A DNA stretch of 64,000 nt, taken from assembly GCF_963921235.1 (NCBI RefSeq), contig NC_086108.1, forward strand, positions 74,836,001-74,900,000, given 5' to 3'. A model generated the notes under the pieces. The model saw only the letters and a program-made list of their open reading frames with translations, was not told the origin of the DNA and did no database searches. Each line of letters opens with the position of its first letter. Position 1 is the stretch's first letter. Made by a program: the position numbers and the translations under genes. The stretch comes from Mobula hypostoma. Taxonomy: Eukaryota. Below are positions 12,058-24,215 of the stretch, one piece after another.

Positions 12058-12287
12058 TTGCTCACTCCTTTGCTTTCCTCTGCCTAATCCTCGCTTCCCG
12101 GCTTTCCCTGCAACCGTTAATAAGCACTCTTCCTAACTTTACCTCTGTGCCTGTGTCCTGCATTTGGGTTCACCCATTGCTCTCCGTGCAACAACTAGTT
12201 TCCAAGCTGAAAACAGCAATGATAACTTGTATTTACAGAAGCAATCTATACACTGAGGTGTAAAAGTAATGGCAACTAGAGACTGAG

Positions 12288-12502
12288 TGTTGTGTCTGTG
12301 CACAATTACATATTGATTAAATAAAAGCACACACATGGAAGATGGCTTTAACTGGTGTATTCACATCACAGCGAGAGAGAGAGCGAGAGAGAGAGAACAT
12401 TGTTCATGCATCGTCAACAGTGCATGCGCAGACAACAGATCAATATGTAGTGTTAAGAGGGATTGGGTCACTACTCTAAAAGAAATAGATACATACATTA
12501 CC
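12288..12502 (-). mobile_element. 3' LTR (~215 bp) of the adjacent Gypsy element
   Basis: On the minus strand, polypurine tract AAAGAGGGAGGAAG (~12502-12515) is followed by GTAATGTATG... and ends CACAACA at 12288. Contains (TC)n. Confidence 0.65.
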
Positions 12503-14940
12503 TTCCTCCCTCTTTAGATTGATGCAACATAAAACTGAATACATGCAAAACATTCAATTTCTCTTTCATAAATCCATATTCCAAATAAACATGCTTTCAC
12601 AATAACAGTCTATAAATAACTTCACAGTTCTAAAGGTTCAGTCTTTCGGGCGGCACTCTGTTTCTTTCAGGATATCGCCTCTGGACCTGTGCAGTGGCAT
12701 CAGGTTTGGTAGGTGTCTTGTCAAAGATAACATTCTTGGTTTCTGGTATCACATTGCTATCTGTGACATCATCACTGAGAGGTAAGTCCAGTGACTGTAA
12801 TGTCTTGTTGGATGCACTCGACTCAGGTGTGTTCACTTGGTTGGGCATCCAGTGTCTGGTCCAAATGATATCTCCATGTCTGATCTCCAACATCGTCTGT
12901 GTACATCAGTGGTCCAGTTCTTATAGCTATCCTACTGCATGTCCACCTGTCTTCTTGGTAATCCTGTCCTAGAACTTCCTGTCCAATCTCGAAGCATCTT
13001 ACTGCTTCACTTGGCAACTGGTTGAACTGTTTATTCTGCACTTCCCTTCATAAGTCTGGTTTCAGGAGGTCTATGTGCGATCTTAGAGTCCTGCTCACGA
13101 ACAGCATTGCAGGTACTTGATTTGTCGTTGCATGAACAGATCTCCAATAGACAAAAAGGAAGTTGTCCACCCTGTGCTGTAAGAAATGTCCTCCATGTCC
13201 ATTGCTTTAATGGACTTATTGAAGGTTTGGATAAATCTTTCAGCTAACCCATTTGTTGCTGTGTGGCGAGGAGCTGACTTGAAATGTCTGATGCTATTTT
13301 ACTTCATGAACAGCTGGAATTCTTCTGACGTGTATTACAGTCCGTTGTCACTCAGAATTTGTTCTGGTAAGCTATTTATGATGAAAATAGTCCTCAGGGC
13401 AAATACAGTCTTTGCTGAGGTGATTGACTTCATTGGAATAACCTCTGGCCACTTTCAGTGACCATTCACAGAAATCAGAAACAGGGAGTCCATGAATGAC
13501 CCAGCAAAGTCAATCTGTTCTCTTTGCGACAGTGAAGGTAGCCACTTCATGGGTGTAACAGAATTTTAACTTTTTGGCATCCCAAACAGCTTTTGGCCAA
13601 GTTTTCAATCTGTTTATCTATTCCCTTCTCAAACACCTTCCCAGTAGCATTAAGCAGCTGTGACAGCCTTTGGTTAGTGCTACCATTTGGGCTACAGTTG
13701 CCTGTTGATGTCACACTGAGAGCTTTGATTGAGTGCCAGTCCATTTGGATTTCTCTCAACATTCATGTCTGAAGAGTGCTGACCCTCCACTTTTTGATAC
13801 ATAAAACTCTAAACTGTTGTGTTTGGCCTCCATATGTCACATTTACTTTCTTTTTGCCTTTGGGAGACACTTTTTTGCCTGTGTAAGTCTTTAGCAACAC
13901 TGTGGTCTTCTCTATATGTTTTCTTAGAAAACAGTCTGCTGTCATCAGCCTCTGGAGTTATGGACAAAGCTGACCCTGAATCCAGCTCCATTTTCAGTTT
14001 TACACCGGGCATATCAATTGTGATCCAGATGATTTTGTGCCCTGCTTCAGTTATACCATGCAGTACTAGGCATGACAGTTCACCTTTTTCAGACTCTATG
14101 TTGTCTGATTCTGTTTTACATTCAGTAACTTTATGCATCTGCTTAGTTTTGTGTTTGAGACTTTTCACTTGGCTGTGCTTTTTGACTGCCTTTCTCACAC
14201 ACTTTCTCTCTATGACCTTGTCTGTGACACTTTCTGCTGACTTTTTCTTTGAACCAACAGTCATTTGCATCAGGGGAGGATTTGCTACATCAATAACATC
14301 TTTGGCTTTTTGTACCATTCAGGGACATTTTGTGCATTTCACATTCTATCCTTCTTTTCCATATGCTGCATCCTTTGCTGCAGTCTTTAATGATATTGCA
14401 ATAGTTAACATTCATTCTAAGGTTAGGTCTCTTTCTGCCAGTAGCCTTGTTTGAGTGCTTTGACTATGCATGCCACTTACAAGCCTGTCTCTTAATGCAT
14501 CAAAAACTCCATCTCTAAAATCACAGTACAGGAAAGGTTTGCGCTGTTCTGCAATGTATTCAGAAAGGCTTTCATCTTTTGACTGGTTCCTTTTGTAAAA
14601 TCTAAATCTCCCAGCTATTACCAGCAGTTTAGGGCTCAAATGATTTTGTAAAATTGTAATAATTTCATTGAATGTCTTGCTTGCTGGCTTTTCAGCTCTT
14701 GGGCCCATTAAGCTAAGAAACAAATGGGGCTTTCTTTAGATGCTCCATGTTGTTCGCATTACAGTACAGTTCAACCCTCTTGATATACAACTCCCAGCCT
14801 TGATTAGCGCCATCAAGTTCGTCACCTTTCCCGACTGAAGCCATTGGCATGTTATTTTCACTTTAAATTCAGCACCTTTTTCACTATTATTCACACATCC
14901 TTCAGCTTTCTCATGCTGTTTAACTTTTGCTTTTTTGTCC
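12503..14940 (-). mobile_element. Gypsy LTR retrotransposon internal region (K02A2.6/Mag-like): decayed gag, protease and integrase; RT/RNase H and 5' LTR missing
   Basis: Gag KPASKTFNEIITILQNHLSPKLLVIAGRFRFYKRNQ...LRDRLVSG (14412-14723). Protease KMELDSGSALSI (~13960-14000). Integrase GIDKQIENLAKSCLGCQ, IDFAG, LSDNG, NGLAERF (~13230-13625). C-terminus RRYPERNRVPPERLNL* (12630). Many frameshifts and stops. Confidence 0.92.
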
Positions 14941-14984
14941 TGTAACTGTCAATGCAGTTCATGATATTCTCTGACATTCAGATT

Positions 14985-15480
14985 TCTAAATGGCACAAAG
15001 TTCGTTAGGTCAAGTCCATTTCTGTCTGGAGCCAACTAACATCAATAGAAATCAATATGAATTATTGCTGTAAAAGAAATAAATCCATACATTACACTGA
15101 GGATTTCAGAAGTATGGCCAAAGAGAGAGGCTTTTTGAGAGGCTATTAAAAGTGGATGGTGGGCTGGAAGAGAGTGGTGAAGCTATGATAGCTGAAAGTA
15201 GAAAAGGATAATGTGCGGCAAAGCCAAAAAAAGTCTGGAATCAGAATAATGCAACATTAGAAGGAATATAAGGCTGGAAAATTTAAAATATGGAGATAAT
15301 TAAAAAAAAAACAGATTAGTAATTTCAGTTAGAGAAATAACCAGCAGCAAAAGTGGTTCTGAGCCTGTAGTCTCTAATATGGTCTTTGGAACCATGCAAG
15401 GTGCATGAAAACTTTTCTATTGATGTTAGTTGGCTCTAGACAGAAATGGACTTGACCTAACAAACTTTGTGCCATTTAGA
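14985..15480. repeat. 67-bp inverted repeat pair (14985-15051 / 15414-15480) around a 362-bp spacer
   Basis: Manual reverse-complement comparison gives 65/67 identity. Confidence 0.93.
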
Positions 15481-16529
15481 CAATTGATTCTTCTTATAGG
15501 ATTTTAAGAATTCCATTATTATTAATTGTATATTCTATACTAAAATATAATATGGAAAATTGTTAATATTACTCAGATTACACTTTTGGTGTAAAAGGTC
15601 AGAAATGCTAAGTAGTAAACAAAGTACTAAAAGACTTTATCCCAAATATCTACAGTATGTCACTCTATTAAGATTTAAAGCCTAAAGGCATGGTTGGGAA
15701 GGAAATTTGACATATCCTTTCATCATTTTTTCAATGTAAACATTTGCCATGCACTGCAGAGGATTAATATTTTTACATTTAGAAGGTTGACAGCATCAAA
15801 GACTAATGCATCTGGAATCAATGTGTTCAGCGAAGTGTATCAAGGTCTCAGCAAATGTTAACAATTCCTAGGTGGGGTGGATAGCTCACAAATTTGTTGG
15901 TAAGTACTTTTGCAGACTTGACAATGCTCTACCTAATAGTAGTCAAAAATATAATTTGGAAGAATTGAATTATTTCTGAAAAGACTTGATTGTAAATGTA
16001 AGCTGTCTTGGTAAAATCTGAAATAAAAATGAAAATGGGGAATCTTTTGAAATTCTTAATTGGATTGATGTCTGTCATGATGAGCATTGCACAGAAGACT
16101 GGATATTAACTTGCAGAAGCTGGTGTTCAGTTGCTCAAGTTTGTTAACTGAAGATACACCCATTGCATTAGGAATTTCAATGGTGATAACAGAGTAGCAT
16201 CTGCAAGAGTGGTGAATGAAAGGGGGAAACCTGGAGCTGAGGCCATTCTCATCTACCTGCTGCTCATACAATTTAGGTCATAGGTTTCAACAATCTTCAC
16301 AAAGAAGCTTTAGCATGTTACTGCAATACGCCTGAACTATATTCTGGCATGGACTGAGAGTGGCAAATAATATTTACTCCATAAAATGCCAGGTAAGGAA
16401 CATTTCCTGCTGCTGGACTCTTAGATGAGTTCAGGAACAGAATAGAAGGCCAGATATACTAGCTCTGACTTCTGAGTCCATGGACCAAACTATACCAATT
16501 TGAATCTGAATGAAAACACCATGGTTATA

Positions 16530-17830
16530 ATAGATTTTGTTAAAACAGCTGTAAAAGAATGTGTCACCACAAAATCATTCAGAGCCTTCCCCAACCTAAA
16601 GCCCTAGATAAATCATGAAATCTGCAATCTGCTGAGGGCCAGATCAGAGGCATTCAAGTCTGGTGATCAAGAAAATTACAAGAGGTCCAGGTACAAACTC
16701 TGGAATTATTGTTATCTCAAAGTGACAATTCCAGACTAAACTTGTATCAGATAAGGGTGCCTGACAGCTGTGGCAGGACTTGAATACTATCACCTCTTAT
16801 AAAGTTAAATCAAGCGACCTAGGCGACAGCAGAGCTTTGCTTCCAGATGAGCTGAATGCCTTCGACACTCGCTTTGACCTTTAGAGCATGGAGAAACCAT
16901 CCCAAACTCTCACAGTCCCCGATGATTATGTGATTTCAGTCTCTGAGGCCAACATGAAAGCAGCCTTCAGGATGGTGAACCCATGAAAAGCATCTGGCCC
17001 ATACGGGGTACCTGGCCAACTACTAAAACCTATGTTGATCGATTGGCTGGAGTGTTCACAGAGATCTTCAACCTCTCACTTCAGCAGTGTGTGGTATCCA
17101 CCTGCTCCAAGCAGGCTTCAATTATAGTGGTTGATGGGTCAGCAGCTTTCAATTTATCAGCCTTACCATTTCAGGAGATATTTCTTCGGTGCAGCATTTA
17201 AGTGCCATTACAAAGAAGGCACAGGGAAGTTTGTGAAGTTTTGGCATACCATCCAAAACTTTGACAAACTTCTATAGGTGTGCGGTGGAGAGTACACTTT
17301 ACTGATTGCATCACAGCCTGGTATGGAAACACTGATGCCCTTTCACAGAAAAGCCAACAAAATTAAGGGTGCCTGACAGCTGTGTCAGGGCTTGAATACT
17401 ATTACCTCTTAGAGAGTTAATACAGTTGATACAGCCCAGTCCATCACATACCTACAAGGAGAGCTGTCGCAGGAAAGCAGCATCCATCATCAAGGATCAC
17501 CACCATCCAGGACATACTGTCATCAAGAAGCAAGTACAGGAGACTCAGGACCCACAACGCCAGGTTCAGAAACAGTCATTACTTGTTAACCATCATGCCC
17601 TTTAACCAGATATCTTCAATCACCTCAACACTGAGCTGTTCCACAACCTACAGACTCACTTTGAAGGACCCGTCATCTGATGTTCTTGATATTTATTGCT
17701 TATTTATTTATTATTATTATTTGTATTTTTTTCCTTTTTGTATTTGCACAATCTGTTGTCTTTCACACATAGGTTGTCTGTCGTGTTGTGTGCAGTTTTT
17801 CATTGATTTCATCGTGTTTCTTTGTATCTC
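16530..17830 (+). mobile_element. Rex1/Babar LINE, decayed and internally deleted
   Basis: SRALLPDELNAFDTRFD (~16830-16880), [30 protein letters not shown] (ORF 16983-17201), TNFYRCAVESTL (~17265), KAASIIKDHHHPGH (~17475). Confidence 0.85.
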
Positions 17831-18170
17831 CCCTCTTCCATTAGGCAGAAAATACAAACGCCTGAAAGCACATACCACCAAGTTTCAAGGATAGCTTCTA
17901 CATCATTGTTGCCAGAGTATTAAACAGTTCCCAAGTATGATAAATTGGACTCTTGACCTCACAATCTACCTGGTTATGATCTTGCACCTTATTGTTTACA
18001 AGTACTACACTTTCTCTATAGTTTTTATAGTTTATTCTGCGTTGTTATCATTTTACCTTGTTCTATCCAAATGCACTGTGTAATGATCTGGTCTGTATGA
18101 ACGTTATGCCTGAAGCTTTTCACAGTATCTCAATACAAGTATAATAATATACTAATTCAATTCCAATTAG
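17828..18170 (+). mobile_element. Rex1-like LINE 3' end
   Basis: SPLPLGRKYKRLKAHTTKFQ-SF (matches LPSGRRYRS...TTRFRNSF), followed by 3' UTR and (AATTC)-type tail at ~18155. Confidence 0.7.
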
Positions 18171-18289
18171 TAAGGTTGCTTGATACCATAATCAGTTAAA
18201 AGTCAAGTCTATAACTGTTGCCCCATCTCTGTAATTCTGCTCTTTTTTCATATTTGGATTAGGATATTGCATTGGTAAATATGTGCTAT

Positions 18290-18880
18290 GTGCTTGATGC
18301 CACCATTGGGTCTATCTTCCATGATTTTGTTAATGAGTGGAGGTAGATTGATGGGGCAAAAGTGGTTCAGATTGGATTTGCGCTGCTTTTTCTAGAGAGG
18401 TCATAACTTGACATTTTTTCAAATTATCAGGAAGATGTCCGTGTTTAAACCACACTGTTATCACTTGGCTGATGGTGCAGCTGTTTCTTCAGTACTGCTG
18501 GGCCAGTAGCCTTTGCTGCATTCAGCTGCTATTTGTTAACATGTGGAACATATCAAATTGGCCAAATGCTAGCTCCTGTGATGGTGAAGTTGTCAGGAGA
18601 AGACTGGGATGGATGCCCCATTCAACACTTCTGGCTGAAGGTTGTCGCAAACAACTTCAGCCTTGTCTTTTGCATGCAAGTGTTCAGCTTGTTTATCACT
18701 GAGGACGTGAATATTCACAGAATTTCTTCTTCACATTGGCTGTCCAGTTGTTTGCTCGGTTTCTGATTAAATGTGGAGGGTCTGCAGGAACATGACTTCA
18801 TCATTTGGTTTCTCAATCATTATTCTCTGTTATAGCATGCTGCCTCTGTTATTTAGAACGCATGTGGTAGCCTCACCACA
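18290..18880 (-). mobile_element. Old CR1-group LINE ORF2 fragment (second, divergent family)
   Basis: Minus strand shows remnants of KATGP...VLK...APSAK...GHLPDNLKKCQVMTS...SNLNHFCPINLPPL, the pre-RT region. Heavily mutated. Confidence 0.5.
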
Positions 18881-19939
18881 CAAGAAAAACCTCAGATGGC
18901 GAGTTCACCCCCTATTTACCTTTGTTGTTCTATATGAGGCTTTGCCAAAACCAACCTCATGCCTTTCCCTGTTTAAGAGTCAAGTCTAAACTATCCAGAT
19001 CTACCTGCACTAGCCTAATAACAGTTCCCACACTAGGTTCAGTATGCAGGGTCTTCAAAATCTGCCCAAACTCCTGACTTTCCTTTTATCTCTGTATGAT
19101 GAAAACATTCACGGTGAATAGAAATATTGTAGGTGGTTGTGACCTTCTAAATTGGGTTCCAATTCTATTTCACGTTGATTCCAACAAATATTATCTCTTG
19201 GAATATGACAGAAGTGAAGCAGGCTTTCAGTGCCCTCCATTGTGTTTATCATCAAACATCTCCCTCATCTAACTAGAATAAAATTACATTCAAAAGAGAA
19301 GAATATAAAGACTTTCATTGTTGTGTATATCAGTAATGGAAACTGGTCTCCATCAGAGAACCTGCATTATCCATTGCATTTGATTTTTGAACTGGTGCAT
19401 TCAGCCAATTCATTTGCTCAAGAGAAAGCAAAGCCCTGACCATACTCGGTTCATTTCTGCACATCAATTATTCAGTCATTAGATCAAAGAGATTCTTAGC
19501 TTTGTTGGAAGGTTGATTTGTTTTTAGTATTGGCTCCTGTATTGTGTTTTTTTTTCTGTGCCACCTGGTAAAATCATTTGTTGAGGTCAGAACTAGATTG
19601 TTTGATTTCATTTTTTTTACATTGCATTTGTCAGTAGATTGGGCTATATTTTGCCTTTGTGTGAAAGAATGTGGCGTATCTTCTTTCCTTTGCATAGAAT
19701 AAATTTGTGGGAAAACTGTCTTAAAATATATCAGTAAAGCTAATGTTCTCACAGGGGCTGGGGAAATCGTGGATGCTAATATTTTTAGCGAGAGCTTGGC
19801 AGAAAGGTGGAAAGTTGAGAGAAGAAACAAGAGAGTAAGTAACCAAGCTGGAAATGGAGTTTAGAATTGTAAATAACAAGATAACTGGGCAGCAGAGATA
19901 TAGGCAAGTAACAATCAAGTCAGAGTATGGAAAAATGCT

Positions 19940-21472
19940 GAAAGGCTAATTTAATGGCATTCTACTTAAGTGCACTCTGCATCCACAATAAGGTGGATGA
20001 ATTAATGATACAAGTGTATTCATAAATGTCATTTGTTGCTACATAAACATGGCTGCAGGGTAATGGAAGGTAGGAAAAGGAGGTGATATTGTTCATGAGG
20101 GATGACATTGTTATTGTAGTTAGAATAGACTTTGACTTAATAAGTCATTTTATAGAATTAGAAACAAGTCGTGGAGATCGAAGAAGCAATAGAGGCAGAA
20201 AACTTTGGTGGTCTAGGAGCAGTAGTTGAAATGTAGGGCACAGTATAAATAAACAACATAGATGTAATTATGACGGGCTTTAATCTTTAGATGCTCTGGG
20301 AAAATCAAAATAATACTAACAATGTAGAGGGAGAATTCCTGGAATTTCTAGATTAGTATTTTGAGAACAGGTTATTTTAGATCTTGTATTGAGAAACGAG
20401 AAAAGATTAATGAATAATGTTGTAAAGGGGCCTCTGGAGAAAAGTGACTGTTAAATGATAGAATTTGTATTAAATTGGAAAATCAACATTGTAAGGCAAG
20501 CATCTGTGACGTGTGAAGGTGCATTGATTTGAATTAGGGAAATGGAAGAGCAAAGCTTTGGTTGACCTTAGGTTTGTGGAGCATAGAATGAGGAAAGGTA
20601 GATGGAAAGGACAAGGATGGCCAAATCCAAAGGTGAGAAAACACAGATATGATTTTAGGAGCATATCTGAAGGGATGGGGATTGGTGGTGTTTATGACAG
20701 TGAAAGTAGTTAGACTTGGAGACCTGAAGAGGTTGAAGTTCACTTCGAGTCAAATTAAAAACCTAAGGTGCAAAGGGACTTGGAAGCCCTTGTGTAGGAT
20801 TCCCGAAAGGTTAATTTGCAGATCGAGTCAGTGGTGAGGAAGGCGAATGTGATGCTAGCATTCATTTCAAGAGGATGAGAATATAAAAGCAAGGATGTAA
20901 TGTTGAGGCTTGATAAAGCACTGGTGAGGCCTCACTTGGAGTATTGTGAGCAGTTTCGGGCCCTTTATCAGAGGAATGATATGCTGACATTGGAGATGGT
21001 TTAAGGGGGGGTTCACAAAAATAATTCCAGGATTGAAAGGCTTGCAATATGAAGTGTGTTTGATGGCTCTGGACTTGTATTCACTGGAATTCAGAAGGAG
21101 GGTGACCTCATTGAAACCTATCGAATGTTGAAATACTTCGATAGAATAGATGTGGAGAAGATGTTTTCTATGGTGGGGGTGTCTAACCAGAGAACAGAAC
21201 TTCAGAATAGAGGGCATCCTTTTTGTATGGAGCGGAGGAGGTACTTCTTTAGCCAGTGGGTGGTGAACCTGTGAAATTCTTTGTCACAGGCGCCTGTGGA
21301 GGCCAAGTCATTGTGTATACTTAAGGTAGATGTTGACAGGTTTATGATTAGTGAGGGAATGAATGGATACTAGGAGAAGGCAGGAGATTGGGGCTGAGAG
21401 GGAAAATGGATCAGCCATTATGAAATGGTGGAGCCTAATTCTGCTCCCATATCTTTGGTCTAATAGTCTTAT
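19940..21472 (+). mobile_element. CR1 LINE remnant: decayed APE endonuclease start plus RT C-terminus and 3' UTR
   Basis: LMAFYLSALCIHNKVDEL at ~19950 (LNARSIRNKVDEL-like). ORF 21056-21274 reads GDLIETYRMLKYFDRIDVEKMF...RRYFFSQWVVNL. 3' tail at ~21435-21472. Confidence 0.8.
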
Positions 21473-21695
21473 ATATTACAACCTGGTTAAGCAGGGTGAA
21501 TACATTACCAGTCGACTTCAACTACCCCAAACGTAAACAATTATAATATTTGAATTATTTTCGGGGATGTTCTGTGTGTGACATGGAATTCACCCAAACT
21601 GATTCACCATCTAGCTCAACAGTTTTTCTTAGGTCCCTCTGAAAAAAGAAATGCACTATCTGTCCTGTTCAGCATGATTTTGGGTATACTTCTGT

Positions 21696-21912
21696 AAGTG
21701 GTTAAGGTGTTCATCTAGTGATCTGAAGGTCACTAGTTCGAGCCTCAGCTGTGGCAGCGTGTTTGTGTCCTTGAGCAAGGCACTTAACCACACATTGCTC
21801 CAGTGTCTGTGCGAGGAGTGGCGTCCCACACAGACTTCCAATCTGCGCCTTGTAAGGCATATAAATGCCCGATGCAGGTCTCTCATGGTCTGAGTCAATG
21901 TTCCCTCCCCTC
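21696..21912 (+). mobile_element. tRNA-derived SINE (5' clipped)
   Basis: AAGTGGTTAAGG (A-box remnant), GTTCGAGCC B-box, body GTGTCCTTGAGCAAGGCACTTAACC. Head shared with the SINE at 38241. Confidence 0.78.
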
Positions 21913-21971
21913 TGCTCTGTTAGCAGCCCAAACTTCCATTAGCTTTGTGGACAAAATGACCTTATACCTAA

Positions 21972-22532
21972 ATATAAGACCATAAGACATAGGAGCAAAA
22001 TTAGGCCATCTGGCCCATTGAATCTGCTCCTCCATTCAATCATGACTGATCCTTTTCTATCTCCTCCTCAACACCAGTTCCCGGCCTTCTCCCTGTGACC
22101 TTTGATGCCATGTCCAATCAAGAATCTATTAATCTCTGCCTTAAATACACCCAACGACCCAACCTCCACAGCTGCAGGTGGCAACAAATTCCATAAATTC
22201 ACCACCCTTTGGCTGAAGAAATTTCTCTGCATCTCTGTCTTGAAAGGGCACTCCTCTATCCTGAGGCTGTGCCCTCTTGTCCTAGTCTCTCCCACCATGT
22301 GAAACATCCTTTCCACATCTCCTCTGTCTAAGCCTTCAAATATTTGAAAGGTTTCAATGCGATCCCCCCTCATCCCTCTGACTTCCAGTGACTACAGACC
22401 CAGGGCCATCAAACGTTCCTGATATGATAAGCCTTTCATTCCTGGAATCATCCTTGTGAACCTCCTGTGGACCCTGTCCAAAGACAGCACATCTTTTCTA
22501 AAATGAGAGGCCCAAAACTGTTCAGAATACTG
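21972..22532 (-). mobile_element. CR1 LINE 3' fragment
   Basis: ORF 22068-22373(-) reads MRGDRIETFQIFEGLDRGDVERMF...RNFFSQRVVNLWNLLP. Tail ATAAGACCATAAGACATAGGAGC at ~21973. Confidence 0.92.
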
Positions 22533-22869
22533 TTCAAATATGATCGCACCAATCTGATTAACTGTAATGAACAATAACGAATTAATGGATGGAGACTGCA
22601 CCTCAAACATACGGTTAAATCTGGGGTAAGTTGACGGGAATGCGAGAATAGATTGGAATTTATGGGTGCTTGATGGTTGGCATGACTCCATGTGCCAAGG
22701 CATCTGTTTCTATGCTACATGACTCTTCCTGTATCCTTAATGACACAGGAGTTCAGCACGTAAGTGCAGAAGGCATGCATGAGGCATTTGCAACTGTACT
22801 TAACAAAGAGTCATCAGTCAACTTAATTCTTAACATGCGAACTCAAGAAATAGCAGCATGCACCAGGCA

Positions 22870-24215
22870 GAGCAAATTCTAAAGTCCTGACCACATCTTT
22901 TCTGCAGTGTTGAAGATTTTCACTCCAGAAATAGCCGTGCCTTTATACAAACATTTCTTGTGCAGCTACAATTTTGGTTTCTAGTTGATAATGTGGAATG
23001 TTGAGCATGTCTTAAGTTAAAAAGGACAAATCTCATCCAGCCGAATAAAACCTATCAGCCTACTTTAAATTAGCAGCAAAGTAAAGGAGAAATTATGGAC
23101 AGTGTTATCAAGAGGCACTTACTCATGAATAACTTATTCACCGTTGCCCGATTGAGGTTTGCCAAGGCCATTTGGCTCTAGACCTCATCAAATGTTTAAT
23201 CCAAAGAAGGAAGAAATTAAACTGAATTTCAGAAGTGAATTGATTACCCTTGGATTACCCAGCAGTGGTATCAAGAGGCAATATAACATAGAAGCCAACA
23301 AAAATCAAGAGGAGAACTCTGCAGTGGTTTGACACATTGCATTGAAGGAAGATGGTATTGGTTGCTGATGCTAAACATTAGAGCTTCAGGGTTTTGCTAT
23401 ACAAGTTAGTCAGGGCAGTCCTGAAGTCAAAGAGCCATACAGTACAGAAATAGGCCATTTAGCCCACTGTGTTCATCCTAGCAATCAGGTATTTTCCTAT
23501 AATAAGCCCTTTGCATGGTGCCGAGGCCTTATGTATTCGTGACTTAGTGTTTAAAGTGCTCATCTAAATACTCCTTAAATGTTTGAAAACACCAGCCTCC
23601 ACAAACTTGTCATGCAGTTCATTCCAGATTTCAACCACTTTATGGATGAAAAGAAATATCTTAATTTCCTTCTGAATGTTTATTGCCTGAAAGACTGAGC
23701 AATCTGAGTAACTCTACAAATCTTTTTTGACATCCACATGGTAATAAATTAGGGGTGTTATGGAATACTCTGCACATCTGTTTGGATGTGTGCAGCTCAA
23801 ATAATACACAACAGGAGCGACGACATCCGGACAAAAAAGTCTATTTAATTTGTATGTCATCCACACCATGCTAAATTCATCTACTTTTGACTTGGCAGAC
23901 TAGAGCTCTAATGCATAGCATCAATAAAATGATCTTCATCATTGAGGCCCCTCCCAAACTGGCAAACTGTATCAACTTGAAGGACAAGGGGAGCAGGTGC
24001 AAGGGAAAACCAGCTTCAAGTTCTGCTCTGACTGATGTGTTCCTTCATCTTTGCAGGTCAAAACTGCTGTACTCTCTTCCAGCAGGAAAATGGGATATAC
24101 TTTCATCATATGGACACTAATGGCTTGGGAAGTTGCATCAAAACCAGTTTCTTAGGCATTTTAAGGGCAAGCACTAAATGCCAACCTTAACAATAACATC
24201 CATAACTTATGAGTG
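22870..24215 (+). mobile_element. Very old CR1-group LINE remnant (same family as 18290-18880), with a CR1 3' fragment inserted at ~23430-23690
   Basis: PDHIFSAVLKIFTPEIAVPL...KKDKSHPAE.PISLL remnants at ~22885-23065; highly degenerate. Confidence 0.45.

Larger units (their letters stand above)
11235..12193 (+). mobile_element. Solo LTR (~959 bp, probably Gypsy-type) with internal tandem array and tRNA-like module
   Basis: Termini T(A)TCACGG...GCAACA; imperfect 5-bp TSD GCTAG/ACTAG. TATA-like CATAAAAA at ~11340. The 3' end TGTCCTGCATTTGGGTTCACCC is shared with the LTR at 46451-47876. Confidence 0.72.

Noticed and set aside
13819..14454. 211-aa plus-strand ORF
   Set aside because: It is the antisense frame of the Gypsy gag-protease region, with no independent protein features.
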